A DNA stretch of 64,000 bases from Ginglymostoma cirratum (taxonomy: Eukaryota). The position numbers were made by a program, and so were the translations under genes. Below, in pieces: positions 24,560 through 38,669 of this stretch. Location of the stretch: positions 198,738 to 262,737 of the forward strand of contig JAHRHZ010000266.1 in NCBI GenBank assembly GCA_024137785.1, given 5' to 3'. Positions within the stretch are counted from its first letter, which is position 1. Each line of letters starts with the position of its first letter. The notes beneath the pieces are model-generated. The model was not told the DNA's origin and did not search any database. It saw only the letters and a program-made list of their open reading frames with translations.

Positions 24560-26790
24560 TTTTATTTCAAAAATATACTTTATTCATAGAACTATCTTTA
24601 TGTATATAGAGATACATATATGTATATGTATATAGACATAGAGATAGAGATGTAGAGATATGTATATAGAGATAGGATTTATAATCATCTAGAAAGGAAT
24701 AATTTGATTAGGGATAGTCAACACGGTTTTGTGAAGGGTAGGTCGTGCCTCACAAACCTTATTGAATACTTTGAGAAAGTGGCTAAACTGTTGGATGAGG
24801 GTAAAGCAATTGATGTGGTGTATATGGATTCAGTAAAGCATTTGAAAAGGTTCCCCACGGTAGGCTATTGCAAAAAATACAGAGGCGTGGGATTGAGGGT
24901 GATTTAGTGGTTTGGATCAGAAATTGGCTAGCTGGAAAAAGACAGAGGGTGGTGGTTGGTGGGAAATGTTCATCCTGGAGTTCAGTTACTAGTGGTGTAC
25001 CGCAAGGATCTGTTTTGGGGCCACTGCTGTTTGTCATCTTTATAAATGACCAGGATGAGGGCATAGAAGGATGGGTTAGTAAATTTGCGGATGGCACTAA
25101 AGTCAGTGGAGTTGTGGATAGTGTGGAAGGATGTTGCAGGTTACAGAGGGACATAGATAAGCTGCAGAGCTGGGCTGAGAGGTGGCAAATGGAGTTTAAT
25201 GCAGAAAAGTGTGAGGTGATTCACTTTGGAAGGAGTAACAGGAATACAGAGTACAGAGTGAATGGTAAGATTCTTGGTAGTGTGGATGAGCAGAGAGATC
25301 TTGGTGTCTGTGTGCACAGATCCCTGAAAGTTGCCACTCAGGTTGATAGGGTTGTTAGGAAGGCGTACGGTGTGTTAGGTTTTATTGATAGAGGGATTGA
25401 GTTTCGGAGCCGTGAGGTCATGTTGCAGCTGTACAAAACTCTGGTGCAGCCTCACTTGGAGTATTGCGTACAGTTCTGGTCGCCGCAATATAGGAAGGAT
25501 GTGGAAGCATTGGAAAGGGTGCAGAGGAGATTTACCAGGATGTTGCCTGGTATGGAGGGTAGGTCTTACGAGGAAAGGCTGAGGGACTTGAGGCTGTTTT
25601 CGTTAGAGAGAAGAAGGTTAAGAGGTGACTTAATAGAGACATACAAGATGATCAGAGGATTAGATAGCGTGGACATTGAGAGCCTTTTTCCTCGGATGGT
25701 GATGGCTAGCACAAGGGAACATAGCTTTAAATTGAGGGGTGATAGATATAGGACAGATGTCAGAGGTAGGTTCTTTATTCAGAGAGTAGTAAAGGCGTGG
25801 AATGCCTTGCCTGCAATAGTAGTAGACTTGCCAACTTTAAGGGCACTTAAATGGTCATTGGATAAACATATGGATGATAAGGGAATAGTGTAGGTTAGAT
25901 GGGCTTCAGATTGGTTTCACAGGTCGGCGCAACATCGAGGGCCGAAGGGCCTGTACTGTGCTGTAATGTTCTATGTTCTATATATACAGAGACACAAATG
26001 CAGTTTGGTTTTGTATAGTAGCATATGGAGAAACAAACATTGGAGTTGACTCTGTCCTGCAAACATATCAAAGGCATTTCTTACTCGTACAAGGTTATAT
26101 CTGCATATATTTGAAGCATTGGAAGGGTCCAATAACTGAAGGGACCCCCATTTAACTTCAGCAGAAAGACCTTACATAGTGGTCTTTCCCCACTGTGCTT
26201 TGTTGGCAGATGCCCCAAGCTTTAGTCAGTCCCTCAGCATGTAGTCCTGAACCTTAGAATGTGCCAGTCTGCAACAATCCAAAAGACCAACACGTTTCAG
26301 GCAAACCAAAGAGTGTCTTTCACTGACTTGATGGTCCTCCAGGTGTTTGTCTCGGTGTGCGTCCCAGGGAACAGACCGTAGAGCACAAACTTTTGCATCG
26401 TCGAACTGCTTGGGATGAACTTCAACAACAGCCACTGCGTCTCTCTCCAGACTTCCTTTGCAAAAGCACACTCCAGCAGGAGGTGTGTGACAGCCTCTAC
26501 CTCCCCGCAGTCACTTCAAGGTGGTGCAGAGAGTCTGGGCATACATGAAGGATCTCATAGGTAATACCCTTCTCACCACCAGCCAAACAATTCCTTGGTG
26601 CTTGTAGGAAAGTTCTGGTGATGAGGCATCCTGCCTCATGACTTTGACAGTCTGCTCAGGGAAAAACCCAACAGGATCCACCCTATCCTTTTCCCACAAG
26701 ATCTCAAGATTGCTAACATGCTGGTCACTTAGTGATGGACTTGTGGTAAAAGTTTCTCTTTGCAAATTTCTCCATGCAGTTCAACAACTT
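24560..26790 (-). mobile_element. Tx1/L1-clade LINE 3' fragment, split by a CR1 insertion
   Basis: ASSPELS.KHQ.I.WLVVRR.LP.RSF, zinc-knuckle region, CCRLAHSKVQDY.LRD; AATAAA and A-rich 3' end at about 24560-24590. Confidence 0.75.
24675..25978 (+). mobile_element. Young CR1 LINE, 5'-truncated (ORF 24868-25893, 341 aa RT C-terminus)
   Basis: SQHGF.KGRSCLTNL, GVPQGSVLGP, KFADG; tail gttctatgttcta. Confidence 0.95.
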
Positions 26791-27035
26791 GGTGCGTTCC
26801 GTGAAGGATTTTGATGCAGTAACACTGAAGGAACAGCGATATATTTCCAAGTCAGGATGGCGAGTGGCTTCGAGGGGAACATGCAGGTAGTTCTCCTTCC
26901 AGATGGTAGTGGTTATGGGTTTGGAAGGTGCTGTCAAAAGAATCTTTTTCAATTCATCAGTGCATCTTGTAGATAGTACACAGTGCTGCATCTGTGCTCC
27001 AATGATAAAGTAAGCTTATGTTAAAAGTAATGCAT

Positions 27036-27515
27036 ATTTTTTATTCATTCAATGGATGTGGGCATCGCTGGATGGCCACCATTTATTGCCCATCCCTAGA
27101 TACCCTTGAGAAGGTGGTGGTGAGCTGACTTCTTGAACTGCTGCAGTCCACCTGCTGTGGGTTGACCCACAATGCCATTAGGGAGGAGACTTTGTAGCAA
27201 TTGATACAACCAAGTGGCTGGCTAGCCTATTTCGAGGGGCAGTTCAGAATCAACCATATGCAGTGAGTCTTGAATCAAAAGTAGACCAGACCAGGTGAGG
27301 ATGGCATATTTCCTTCCCTGAAGGACATTCGTGAGCCAAATGAGTTTTCCTAACAATTAATGATGGTTTCAAGGTCATCAGTAGATTCTTAATTCCAGAC
27401 ATTTTTTATTGAATTCAAACTCTACCATCTGCCATGGGAGGATTTGAATCTGAGTCCCCAGCTGAGTTTCTGGATTAATAGTCTAGCAATAAAACCAGTA
27501 GGGCATTACTTCCCC
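27036..27515 (-). mobile_element. tRNA-derived SINE (long variant)
   Basis: Reverse complement of the 52448-52787 family. Confidence 0.75.
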
Positions 27516-27544
27516 CTTAGGTGCCAATCAAGTGGAATGCTTTG

Positions 27545-27747
27545 ATAACGAGGTGTAGAGCTGGATGAACACAGCAGGTCAAGCAGCATCAGAGGAGCAG
27601 GAAGGCTGACGTTTCGGGCCTAGACCCTTCCTCCCGAAATGTCAGCCTTCCTGCTCCTCTGATGCTGCTTGACCTGCTGTGTTCATCCAGCTCTACACCT
27701 TGTTATCTCAGATTCTCCAGCATCTGCAGTTCTTACTATCTCTGAAA
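27545..27747. mobile_element. Penelope pLTR fold-back (hairpin) insertion
   Basis: About 73-bp near-perfect inverted arms plus a 3' tail; perfect 16-bp TSD caagtggaatgctttg at 27529-27544 and 27748-27763. Confidence 0.9.
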
Positions 27748-28424
27748 CAAGTGGAATGCTTTGTCCTCTTTGGTTTTGAACATTTTGAGCATCATTGAAT
27801 ATTACATTACACTTATGACTTGTTCCTTGTAGATGATGGGCAACCTTTGAGTCAGTTAAGTGACTCGCTCCAGACTTCCCAGCCTCTGCACTGCATTTGT
27901 CCCAATAGTTTTTATGCTGAATAGTCTATTTCTGGCTAATGCTAAATGCACTGATAGCAATACCATTTAACATCAAGGGAGATGGTTTGATTCTCCCTTC
28001 TTAAAGGTCGTTATTGACTGGTAGTGAATGTTGTCCAGGTGGCACTGCGTCTGTACGTAAACCCCTTCAGTCTCTGAGGATTCATGAATGGCACTAAACA
28101 CTGTGCAATCATCAGCAAACATTACCACTCTGGCTTTATCCTGGAGGGAATGTCATTGATGAAGCTGCTGAAAATGGTTGGGCCAAGGTCACTACCGTGA
28201 GGAACTCCTGTGGACATGAGTGATTGAACTTCGACAATCAGAACCATCTTTCTTTGTGCTGGGTCTCAGTCAAATTAGTGGAGTATTTTCCTTGATTCCA
28301 ATTAACTCTGTTTGTTTTTCTAGACCTCCGTGATGCTGCATCAGCTTCTGCTTTCATTCTCAGAAATTTCATCAGACTCTGTAACTCTTGAGGCAACAGT
28401 TTCTATTTCACTGTGAGCATCAAA

Positions 28425-30435
28425 AGAACATAAGAACACAAGAACTAGGAGCAGGAGTAGGCCATCTGGCCCCTCGAGCCTGCCCCGCCACTGAATAAGA
28501 TCATGGCTGATCTTTTTGTGACTCAGCTCCACTTACTCGCCCACTCACATAACCCTTAATTCCTTTACTGTTCAAAAATTTATCAAGCCTTGCCTTAAAA
28601 ACATTCAGCGAGGTAGCTTCAACCGCTTCACTGGGCAGGAAGTTCCACAGATTCACAACCTTTTGGGTGAAGAAGTTCCTCCTGACCTCAGTCCTATATC
28701 TGCTTCCCTTTATTTTGAGGCAATGCCCTCTAGTCCTAGTTTCACTTGCTAGCGGAAACAACCTCCCTGCCTCCACCTTATCTATTCCCTTCATAATCTT
28801 ATATGTTTCTATAAGATCTCCCCTCACTCTTCTGAATTCCAATGAGTATAATCCCAGCCTACTCAGTCTCTCTTCATAATCCAACCCTCTCAACGGTGGA
28901 ATCAACCCAGTGAATCTCCTCTGCACCCCCTCCAGTGCTAGTATATCTCTTCTCAAGTAAGGAGACCAAAACTGCACACAGTACTCCAGCAGTGGCCTCA
29001 CCAGGACTCTATACAGCTGCAGCACAGCCTCCCTGTTTTTAAACTCCATCCCTCTAGCAATGGCAGACAAAATTCCATTTGCCTTTTTAATTACCTGCTG
29101 CACCTGCAATCCCACCTTCAGTGATTCATGCACAAGGACACCCAAGTCCCTCTGCACAGCAGCGTGCTGCAATTTTTTACCATTTAAAACATAATCCATT
29201 TTACTGTTATTCCTACCAAAATGGATGACCTCACACTTATCAACATTGTACTCCATCTGCCAGACCTTTGCCCACTCACTTAGACTATCTATATCCCTCT
29301 GCAGACTTTCAGTATCTTCTGCACACTTTGCTCTACCACTCACCTTAGCGTCATCTGCAAATTTTGACACACCACACTTAGTCCCCAACTCCAAATCATC
29401 TATGTAAATTGTAAACAATTGCAGTCCCAACACTGATCCCTGAGGCACACCGCTTGCCATTGACCGCCAACCAGAAAAACATCCATTTACCACTACTCTT
29501 TGCTTTCTACTGGTCAACCAATCCTCTATCCATGGCAATATATTACCTGTAATACCGTGCAACTTTATCTTATGTAGCAGCCTTTGGTGTGGCACCTTGT
29601 CAAATGCCTTCTGGAAATTCAGATACACCACATCCACAGGTTGCCCATTGTCCACCATGCAAGTAGTGTCCTCAAAGAATTCCACCAAATTAGTTAAACA
29701 TGACCTACCTCTCATGAACCCATGCTGGGTGTTTCTAATGGGACAATTTATATCCAGATGTCTTGCTATTTCTTCCTTAATGATAGATTCAAGCATTTTC
29801 CCCACTACCGAAGTTAAGCTAACTGGCCTGTCGTTACCTGCTTTTTGTCTACTTCCTTTTTTAAACAGTGGCATCACATTGGCTGTTTTCCAATCTGCGG
29901 GAACCACCCCAGAGTCCAGTGAATTTTGGTAAATAATTACTACTGCATTTGCTATTTCCCCCATCACCTCGTTTAGTACCCTGGGATGCATTTCATCAGG
30001 GCCAGGAGACTTGTCCACCTTCCGCCCCATTAGTTTGCCCAGCACTGCCTCCTTAGTGGTAATGATAGTTTCTAGGTCCTCGCCTGCTATAACCTTCTTG
30101 CCATTAGTTTTCGGCATGTTATTTGTGTCTTCCACTGTGAAGACCAACACGAAATAACTGTTTAATGTCTCGGCTATTTCCTCATTCTCAGTTATTAAAT
30201 TGGCCTTCTCATCCTCTAAAGGACCAATGTTTACCTTCGCCACTCTTTTACAATTTACATATTTATAGAAACTTTTGCTGCCTGTTTTTATATTCTGAGC
30301 TAGTTTACTCTCATAATCTATTTTACTAATCTAATTACTATCTTACTAATCTATCTCATAACTTTTTTGTGGCTTTCTGCTGGCTTTTAAAGATTTCCCA
30401 GTCTACTAGTTTCCCACTACCCTTTGCTCTTTTGT
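28425..30435 (-). mobile_element. CR1 LINE, 5'-truncated, with 580-aa open ORF2 fragment (28501-30243) covering the whole RT domain
   Basis: KSPGPD..HPRVL, WK.ANV.PLFKKG, QHGF..GRSC.TNL, FQKAFDKVPH, GVPQGSVLG, KFADD. Confidence 0.95.
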
Positions 30436-32689
30436 ATGGCTATCGCTCCTGTGGCATGTAAAAGGAATGGGTACGATATCGAATAAAGTATCTTCTTCAT
30501 GCTCCCATCAAGTATTCCAGGATTCTCACTACAAGGCCCAGTGAGATCTCTTTCTATATAGAACACAGAACTGTGCAAGACAGGAACGGGCCCTTCACCC
30601 ACGATGTTGTGTCAAACGTAGCACCAAATTAAACTAATCCCTTCTGCCTGCCCGTGGTCCATATCACTCCATTCCATGCATATTTATGTGCTTATTTAAA
30701 AGTCACTAATGGAACTCATCCTATTAGCTACCTACCCTTTCCCCAACATACCCCTCTCGCTCGATTCTAACCCATCAACCAGGCACTGTTCCCAATACAA
30801 CTCACCACTTCCAGATATTAACTGAAATTATCCAGCATCCCTGCACTGGTACTGTTGTTAAAGTGCTGTTGTGCACATGGCAAACACGGTCAGAGCCACG
30901 ATATTGATGGCAGGACCGGAGATGCGTTGCTGCTGCACCGTGTGGAAACTGAGAGACACCAATGTGATCGAGGGTGAACACATTTGCAGTAAGTGCTTAT
31001 AGCATGAGAAACTTTACAATAGAACAAAACAGAATAGAATAGACAAGCTTTTATTGTCACTTGTACTACAGTACAGAAGTATACGAGCGCAGTAAAAAGG
31101 TTTTTACAACGGCTGTCTTTTAATGGTATCATCTAAGGTGCAAGTACCTCGGTACAAATCCTAAAAAGTGTAAAAAAGTGTTCTTATAGGATTAAAGGAA
31201 AACATAATCATTAAATACAGAGATAGTTGCAACATAGTGAAAAGACTTTTAAGTTACAGTCTGATAACAGCAGCTCAGCACGTGGTGCCAGGCCCAATTG
31301 CAGCAAGTGTCCCGCATCGCTCCAGCCTCCAGACCGCCCCTGACCGGCACTCAACTGCGACAAGGTATGTTGCACTGTATCGGGATTCGTACCTCGGCCC
31401 CTTCATTGCTCCGGGTCGTGGCTCCACCGTCGTTATGGGATGCGGCCTCTCTGTCACTCCGGGGACTCGCCCCAGCCCACGCTCAACTCAGCCTGTGCTC
31501 ACTCTGCTGCCCCTGCAGGACAAGGCCCCCGCACTCAGCTCCCGCCCATCACCGGTCTCGACTTGACTCCTTTCTTCAGGTAGAGATAGTGAAAGGTTGG
31601 GTGGAGGGGCTGGGGGAAAAGATACTGCAAAGAGGAGAGAGAAAAAGAAGGGAAAAGGAAACGAAACTGACTTCAGATCTGAGTTGAAGAACTGGTGTCT
31701 GGGCTGCAGACAATACACAGCATCAGTAAAAGGGAAGGGTATCTGGACACTTTGTTCCAGAAGGAGATCACGCCCCTTGGACTCAGTCATTCAAATTTGA
31801 TCTGTGATCAGGGGCAGGTAGGTAAGAGCAGATGTGGCAGCAGGTGTGAGGATCTAGTGGGTTGCAATTGAGAAGCCTCAGCACCTTCAATTATCCAACA
31901 ATAATGAGGTTCTTGCAAACTGTACAAACAAGAGTGTGTGAATTGACTTGGTCCAATGAGCCATTCAAGTTATGGTTGGAAAAAGAAATATAGCAGTAGT
32001 AGGAGACTGTAAATTAGAGGGATAGATGTTGTTCTCGACAAATGTAGGGGCAAGTACCAAAGGCTATGAAGCTTGCCCAGTACCAGGGTTAAGTTCATCC
32101 CCTTCGGGCGAGAGAAGTACTTGGAAAGGGAGGGGAGAGATCAAGCTGTCATCATCCACATTGGTAGCAGTAATATTGATCAGACTAGAAAAGAGGTTCC
32201 ACTGAAAGAATTTTGTCAGTTGGGAGTTAAATTAAAAAGCAGAACCTCAATGGTGATAAAAATCTAGATTTCTACCTGAGCCACAAACAAACTGACATAG
32301 CATAAATAGTGTCAAGGAAATGACTGCATTGCACTGTGGGTGGAATGGGTTCCAGTTCCGGAGGTACTGTTGGCGGTTTTGTTGGCGGGATCGGTGGGGG
32401 GTATAGTGTGGGGGTGGTGTTTACCTTGAACAGTGCTAGAATTATGTCCTGGAAAATCCAAGAGAGGGCTTTAAGCTAATTGGAAGCTTAAAATCTCTTC
32501 GACTCTAAAGGACAACGTTCAAAGGGGAAATGCAGACTTTCAAAGCAACAGGATATTGGAACATTATAGGGTAGCTGTTTGGTGTAAGGAATGTGTTGTT
32601 TTACTTTTGAATCTTTAAAAACTGTGGACTTTAATTTAACATTGGATAATGATACCTAGAATGGTACAGGAAGGGACAGAGTTGGACAC

Positions 32690-35600
32690 AGATAGAAGAA
32701 CAACAGTAAAAGGTTTTAAAGGAGGAAAAATGGTGAAAAGAAATAATAAGTTGAATGAGTGAAGAATTTGGAACAATTTGGACATTCAAGCAACTCCTGG
32801 ATAGGCACATGGATGATTGTAAAATGTAGGGTATGCAGGGTAGTTTGATCTTAGACTGGGATAATAGGTTGGCACAACATGGTGGGCCAAAGGGCTGTAC
32901 TGTGCTGTACTGTTCTCTGTTCTATGTTCTATGTTTTAAAATAAATGAATTCATGCATAAATAAAGATTAATGGGTATGACTTCTTTTATTTGTTAATGG
33001 GATGTGGGCAACATTGGCTTTGCCAGCATTTATTTGCCCATTCCTAATTGTGCAGAGGGTAGTTCAGTGTTAACCACATCGATCTGCGTCTGGAGTCACA
33101 TGTAGGCCAGACTAGGTAAAGGACAGCAGAATTCCTTCCGAAAAACCATAAACCAGATGAGTTTTAACAGTGGTTACATGGTTGCTATGAGACAAGTTTT
33201 GAATTCCAGATTTAATCTGATTACTATCAGTATTGAATTCAAATGTCACCATCTGCCATGTTGGGATTCAAACTCCAGAACAGTGGCCTGGGGATCTACA
33301 TTTCCTTGTCCACTGACATAACTATTATGGCACTGGCTTCACATAGCCATGACAGAGACATGGAGATCAAAACTGGGAACTGAATACTCAAGAGTATCTG
33401 ACTATTCAAAAGGACAGGCAGGAAGAAAAGGCAGGCGAGGTAGCATTGTTAGTGTGAGGTGACGCAGCATCCATATGTGTGGAGGTTATAAAAACGGGTA
33501 AGAAGACACTGGTGGTAGTAATCTCTCAGCCGTCTAACAATAGCTATACAGAGAGACAGGAAATAAATCAGGAGATAATGAGACCATGTGACAAAAGGCT
33601 GCACATTAATCATGGTGACCTTAATCTGCAGAAGTAGCCATGAGGAACAATTCATGAAGTGCAATTGGAAAAGTTTCCCGGAATAATATGTTGTGGATCA
33701 AACCAAGCATCAGGCTTTTTTGGATCTGGTTTTTAAAAAAAGATAACCAACATATTAACAAAGACGAAGAAGATAAACGTTGAGGGTAACATTGCAAGTG
33801 TATCAAGACAGGCAGCAAAAGCTTCTTTAAATATCTCAAAAGTAAGAGCGAGGTCAAAGTGAACATAGGCCCCTTAAAGACTGAGAATGGGGTAACAATA
33901 ATGGGAACAGGAGATGGTTGGGGAGCTGAATAAATACTTTGCGTCAGTCTTTACAGTAGAAGATGCTACAAGCATTCCTAAACTATTAAATGCTCAAGGG
34001 GAAAAAGGAGGAGAGGAAATTAAACAATAACTATCAGTAGAGAAAAGTTGCTAGGTAAACTAATGAGAATCGAGACTGATAAGTTTTTCGACCTGAGGGG
34101 ATGCATCCTAGGTTATTAGAGGAAGTAGCGACATAGATAGTGGCAGTAATCTTCCAAGTAACTTAGATTCGGCAAAAGTCCTAGAGATTCAGAAAAATGC
34201 CAAATGAGGAAGGGTCACCTGACCCGAAACATTAAGTCTGATTTCTCCTCACAGATGCTTCCAGACCTGTTGAGCTTTTCCAGCAATTTCTGTTTTTATT
34301 TCATATATTAATGAGTTGGATGAGGAAAGTTGTATAGCCAACTTTGAATGAAACAAAAATAGGTATGAAGGCAAGTTGTGAGAATGACATAAAGAGTCAA
34401 TGGGAATCAAGGGGCAAACTCTCCACTGGCTGGATTCATACATGGCACATAGGAAAATGGTTGTGGTTATTGGAAGTCATTCATCTCACCTCCAAGACAT
34501 GTCTGTAGGAGATCCTCAGGGTAGTATTCTCTGCCCAAGCATCTTCAGCTGCTTCATCAATGACCTTCCCTCCATCGTAAGGTCAGAAGTGGGGGGTTCT
34601 CTGATGATTGCACAATGTTCAGCATTATTCAGAACTCCTCAGATAATGAAGCAGTCCATATCTGAATGTAGAAAGGCCTGGACAATATCCAGGCTTGAGC
34701 TGACAAATGGCGAGTAACATTCTTGCCACATAATTGCCAGACAATGACGATCTCCAATATCCTAATGACCACCTCTTGCCACTAAATGCAGTTACCATCA
34801 CTGAATCCCCACTATCAATATCCAGGGAGTCACCCTTGACCAGAAACTAAATTGGACTCTCTTATAAACAATGGCTACTAATGGTGGACCAATCAAATTA
34901 TACCTGGAACACAGAGCCTTACACTTGCCTTTAAACAAATAGTTCTAAGGAAGGGTCACCTGACCCAAAACATTAACTCTGATTTTTCTTCAAAGATGTT
35001 GCCAGACTTGCTGAGCTTTTCCAGCAACTTTTGTTTTTGTTTCGGATTTACAGCATCCGCAGTTCTTTTGGATTTCATTTAGTAGTTGACTAATTTGCTG
35101 GAGTTCTTTGAAGATCTAACAAGCAATATAGATAACGGGGATGCTGTGGATGTGGTACTTCTGGACTTGCAGACGGCATTTGATAAGATGACACAAAGTT
35201 CAACAGACCAGGTAAGACCACAGGGCGTTTGGGGAAATTGGTTACTTTGGATTGGCTAACCAATCAGAAAGCAGAGAATCAAAATAAGTAAGCCTTTTTT
35301 CCAGTCCCAATCTGAGTTATGGAATGCCAAGGATTTGGTCCACACTCCCCAGCTATTTATTACCTATATCAATGACTCAGATGCAGGGAAAGAAAGTAAT
35401 ACTGCCGATTTTTCAGATAAAATAGGTAGGACAGTTAGTTACAATGAAGAGTTTAGAGATTTACAAAAGGCTAGGTTAGGTGAATGGGCCAAAATTTGGC
35501 AGATGTAGTTTAATGTGGATAACTGTGAGGTGATCCATTTTGGTCAGAGGAACAGAAAGGTCAATCGTTATCTAAATAGATAGAAAGTTCAACATGCTTC

Positions 35601-36035
35601 AGTGCAGAGGGATCAGAGTATCCTGGGGCGTAAATCACAGAAAACCAGTTTGCAGTTACTACAGGTAATAGGGAAAGCAAATGGGATTTTAGGAATTACT
35701 GCTAAAGGAATAGAGTATAAATGTAGCAAAGTGTTGCTACAACTGCACAGAACATTAATGAGATGGCAGCTGGAGTGTTGCGTATAATTTTGGTACCTAG
35801 AATGAGAGGTCATACTTTTCAGACGAGGGGTAGCAGATTTAAAACAGAGATGAGGAGAAATTATTTCCCTCAAAGAGCCATGAATCTGTGGAATTCACTA
35901 CTCCAGAATGTGGTGTATGCTGCAACATGAGTAAATGTAAGGAGAAGATAGACAGATTTTTAATGAACGATGTGCTAAAGGGTTATGGAGAGCAGGCAAG
36001 AAAGTGGAGTTGAGGCCAAGATGAGATCAGCCATG
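32690..36035 (+). mobile_element. Patchwork of old CR1 ORF2 remnants with SINE (about 32985-33340, minus), CR1-like LINE (34400-34880) and Penelope pLTR pieces (34205-34300, 34944-35075)
   Basis: Degenerate RT motifs; pLTR pieces carry gaagggtcacctgacccgaaac. Confidence 0.6.
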
Positions 36036-36722
36036 GGGTTTGCTCTGGTCCGTTGCAATGTTTACGATACCACTGTCTCCCGCTCAATGACACACACAAA
36101 CAGAGTTAAGGCTGATAGGGCCACTGCATCCTCAATTGTTGTCTGGTGTTATATTTGCAGCATGAATGGCCAATCCAGCAGCTTGATGAGTGCCAGTGAT
36201 GGACAATTTACAGTCCTGGCCCCCACTAATAGGTTCATTCATCATTTTGTATAGCTGCTGCTGACATTCCAAGGGGTTTCTCACTCTGGTCAGGAAGTAT
36301 TGCTGACAAGTGCTTAGCATGAGTCATTTACCCTCTAGTCCAAGCCTTAGATCACCAAAGCGCAACAGGATAGGGCTAAACCATTCAGCCCATTGAGTCG
36401 TTTAACAAAAAAGTATTCTTTGATTGGTGGGTGCTGCAAGCCATGCCCTGAAAGGGTAGATGTGGGTGAGATATTTTCCCTGCCCAGGGATATGGAGATA
36501 GAGGGACAAGCAAGGTTTTTTTTCAAAATTTATTCCTGAGAATTTAATGTCACTGGCAGGGCCAGCATGTACTGCCTATCCCTAATTGTCCTTGAGCAGG
36601 TAGTGAGTAGCTACCTTCTTAAATCACTGGCTTGTAGGTAGACCCACTGTTGAAGAGGATTTTGATGCAGCAAGATTGAAAGGAATGGTAAATATATTTC
36701 CAAACCGGGATGTTGAGTAGCT

Positions 36723-36848
36723 GATAAAGGGTCTAGGCCCAAAACGTCAAGCTCTCTTGCTCCTACGATGCTGCTTGGCCTGCTGTGTTCATCCAGCTCT
36801 ACACCTTGTTATCTCGGATTCTCCAGCACCTGCAGTTCCTATTATCTC
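36723..36848 (+). mobile_element. Mini Penelope pLTR insertion starting at the hammerhead core
   Basis: TSD tgttgagtagct at 36711-36722 and 36849-36860. Confidence 0.85.
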
Positions 36849-37550
36849 TGTTGAGTAGCTTGGTTGGACTGCAGGGGTGGCAGCGCCCAGAGCAAAGATT
36901 TCTGGCTTCGGTAAGCCCAGAGCATGGACTGAGCGGGTTATGGGCTGCAGCACCGATGGGGACGCTTAGACGCAGCAGGTTGCTGCAGCAGAGGCAGTGC
37001 TCAGAGCAGGAACTCCTGTCTGTGGTATGCCTGAAGCATCGATTCTTGGCAGGTTTGTCATTGCTGGTCCCAGAGAGCGGTGACTCCCTCGCAGAAGCCT
37101 GAGAGTTGTGTTTGAAGACCCATCGTACAGAAGGTGAACTCTATTTGTTTATTTGCATTTTGTTCTTCTTGGAACTGAAAATAACACTGGATAGTGGCAA
37201 CAAAACACTTTCCACTGTATCTTTCCATTTACTCATAACAATAAATCAATAAATAACTTGCAAATGGTAGTGTTCCCATCCATTTGGTATTGGTCACAAA
37301 TTTGGAAAGGGATATCAAAGGAGAGTTACTGAGTTGTTGCTTCATCATTCAGCAGAATTTTCAGAACTTCTCAATGACATGAAATGTTAATTCCCTTCCT
37401 CCATTTACAAATTCTACCTTATATCTTAATTATTTCCAGAATTTTGCTTTTGGGTACTCTAAACTGCAGAGAGAGGGTCGTATATGCTCGAGCTTTTGCT
37501 GAAGGTGGCCAAACAGGTTGGGAATGTTCCAACAGTGGTCATTCACTTAC

Positions 37551-37640
37551 CAAAGCAGGAAGCTGGAGCCAGTCTGACTTCCAAACCATTTATTTCCATT
37601 TCATAGTTCCATACAAAGTTCAGTCTACTCTTTCTCCTTA
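37551..37640 (-). other. Candidate 90-nt exon, probably 3' UTR of gene A or an alternative coding exon
   Basis: Strong acceptor ttttttttcccctttcctag and donor TTG|gtaagt; open only in phase 1 (VRRKSRLNFVWNYEMEINGLEVRLAPASCF). Confidence 0.4.
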
Positions 37641-38669
37641 CTAGGAAAGGGGAAAAAAAACAGCCTTGAAAATATATACTCCAATGAGCATCAACTGTGT
37701 TCTATTTCCTCTGGAGCACAGTGTGGTTTATTTTTCAAAGAACCACCAATTACAATGCTGTCAGAACTCTTCAAAAATTATGTTAAAAATTTGTGAAACA
37801 ATTTAATAGACCCCAGCAGGGCACTAGAGGTGGGTGTTGAGTAGCAAGGTGGATAAGTTGAATGTATATCAACTGTATTTAAATATATGCAGCAGGACAG
37901 AATGAAGTGGTGCACCTCAAGTACATATAAAGAAATATTTGCTGGAAGTAAATATAGTTGCATTCGGACGTGTATGCTCAAAATGGTTCACTCTGCAAAC
38001 AAGTAAAAAAAACTCAGCAAAGGTTGGCTTTAGTTTTATCCTTGTCCAGTTGGCTCCCTGGAGTATTGTTTACATGAAATTAATGATGTCCCCGATTGGC
38101 CAGCATTGGTGTGGTTTAGATGTGTGAAAGCATAGTTTCAATAAGCAGTAACAGACTGGTTTGGACCAATTGGGATTTGATTCAGTGCTAGAACTAATGG
38201 GGTTGGATTGATTAAGTGCTGGCAAAGATTGGTTCATTGATGTGTTGCAAGCTCCAGTGGCACAGCTTCTTCAGGTTCTCAAGAACGTCTCAGGTATGGA
38301 AGGTGCCTGTGAACCATTTTCAGCTCACATTATCTGCAAACACATTTAATGAAAAGTAACTGAGATCTAAACAATTAATGAGTATTAGAACATGTTAACC
38401 ATTCAACCCCTCAATCCTGCTGTACTGTTTTGTTGTATCCTGTTGGATTTGTGCCTCAACTCCATTTACCAACCATCTCCAAAAAAAAAAAACTCAATAA
38501 CTGTTATCCAATTCAAAACCTGAAGAAGGGTAATACCCAAAATGTTGACTGCTCCTTTCCTCCAGTTGCTGGCTGGCTTGCTGTGTTCTTCCAGCACCCT
38601 CTTTGTCTACCTCAAAACCTACTGATATGACCTGGAACTTTCCACCGCCCTCCATGAAAATTGCAAAAC

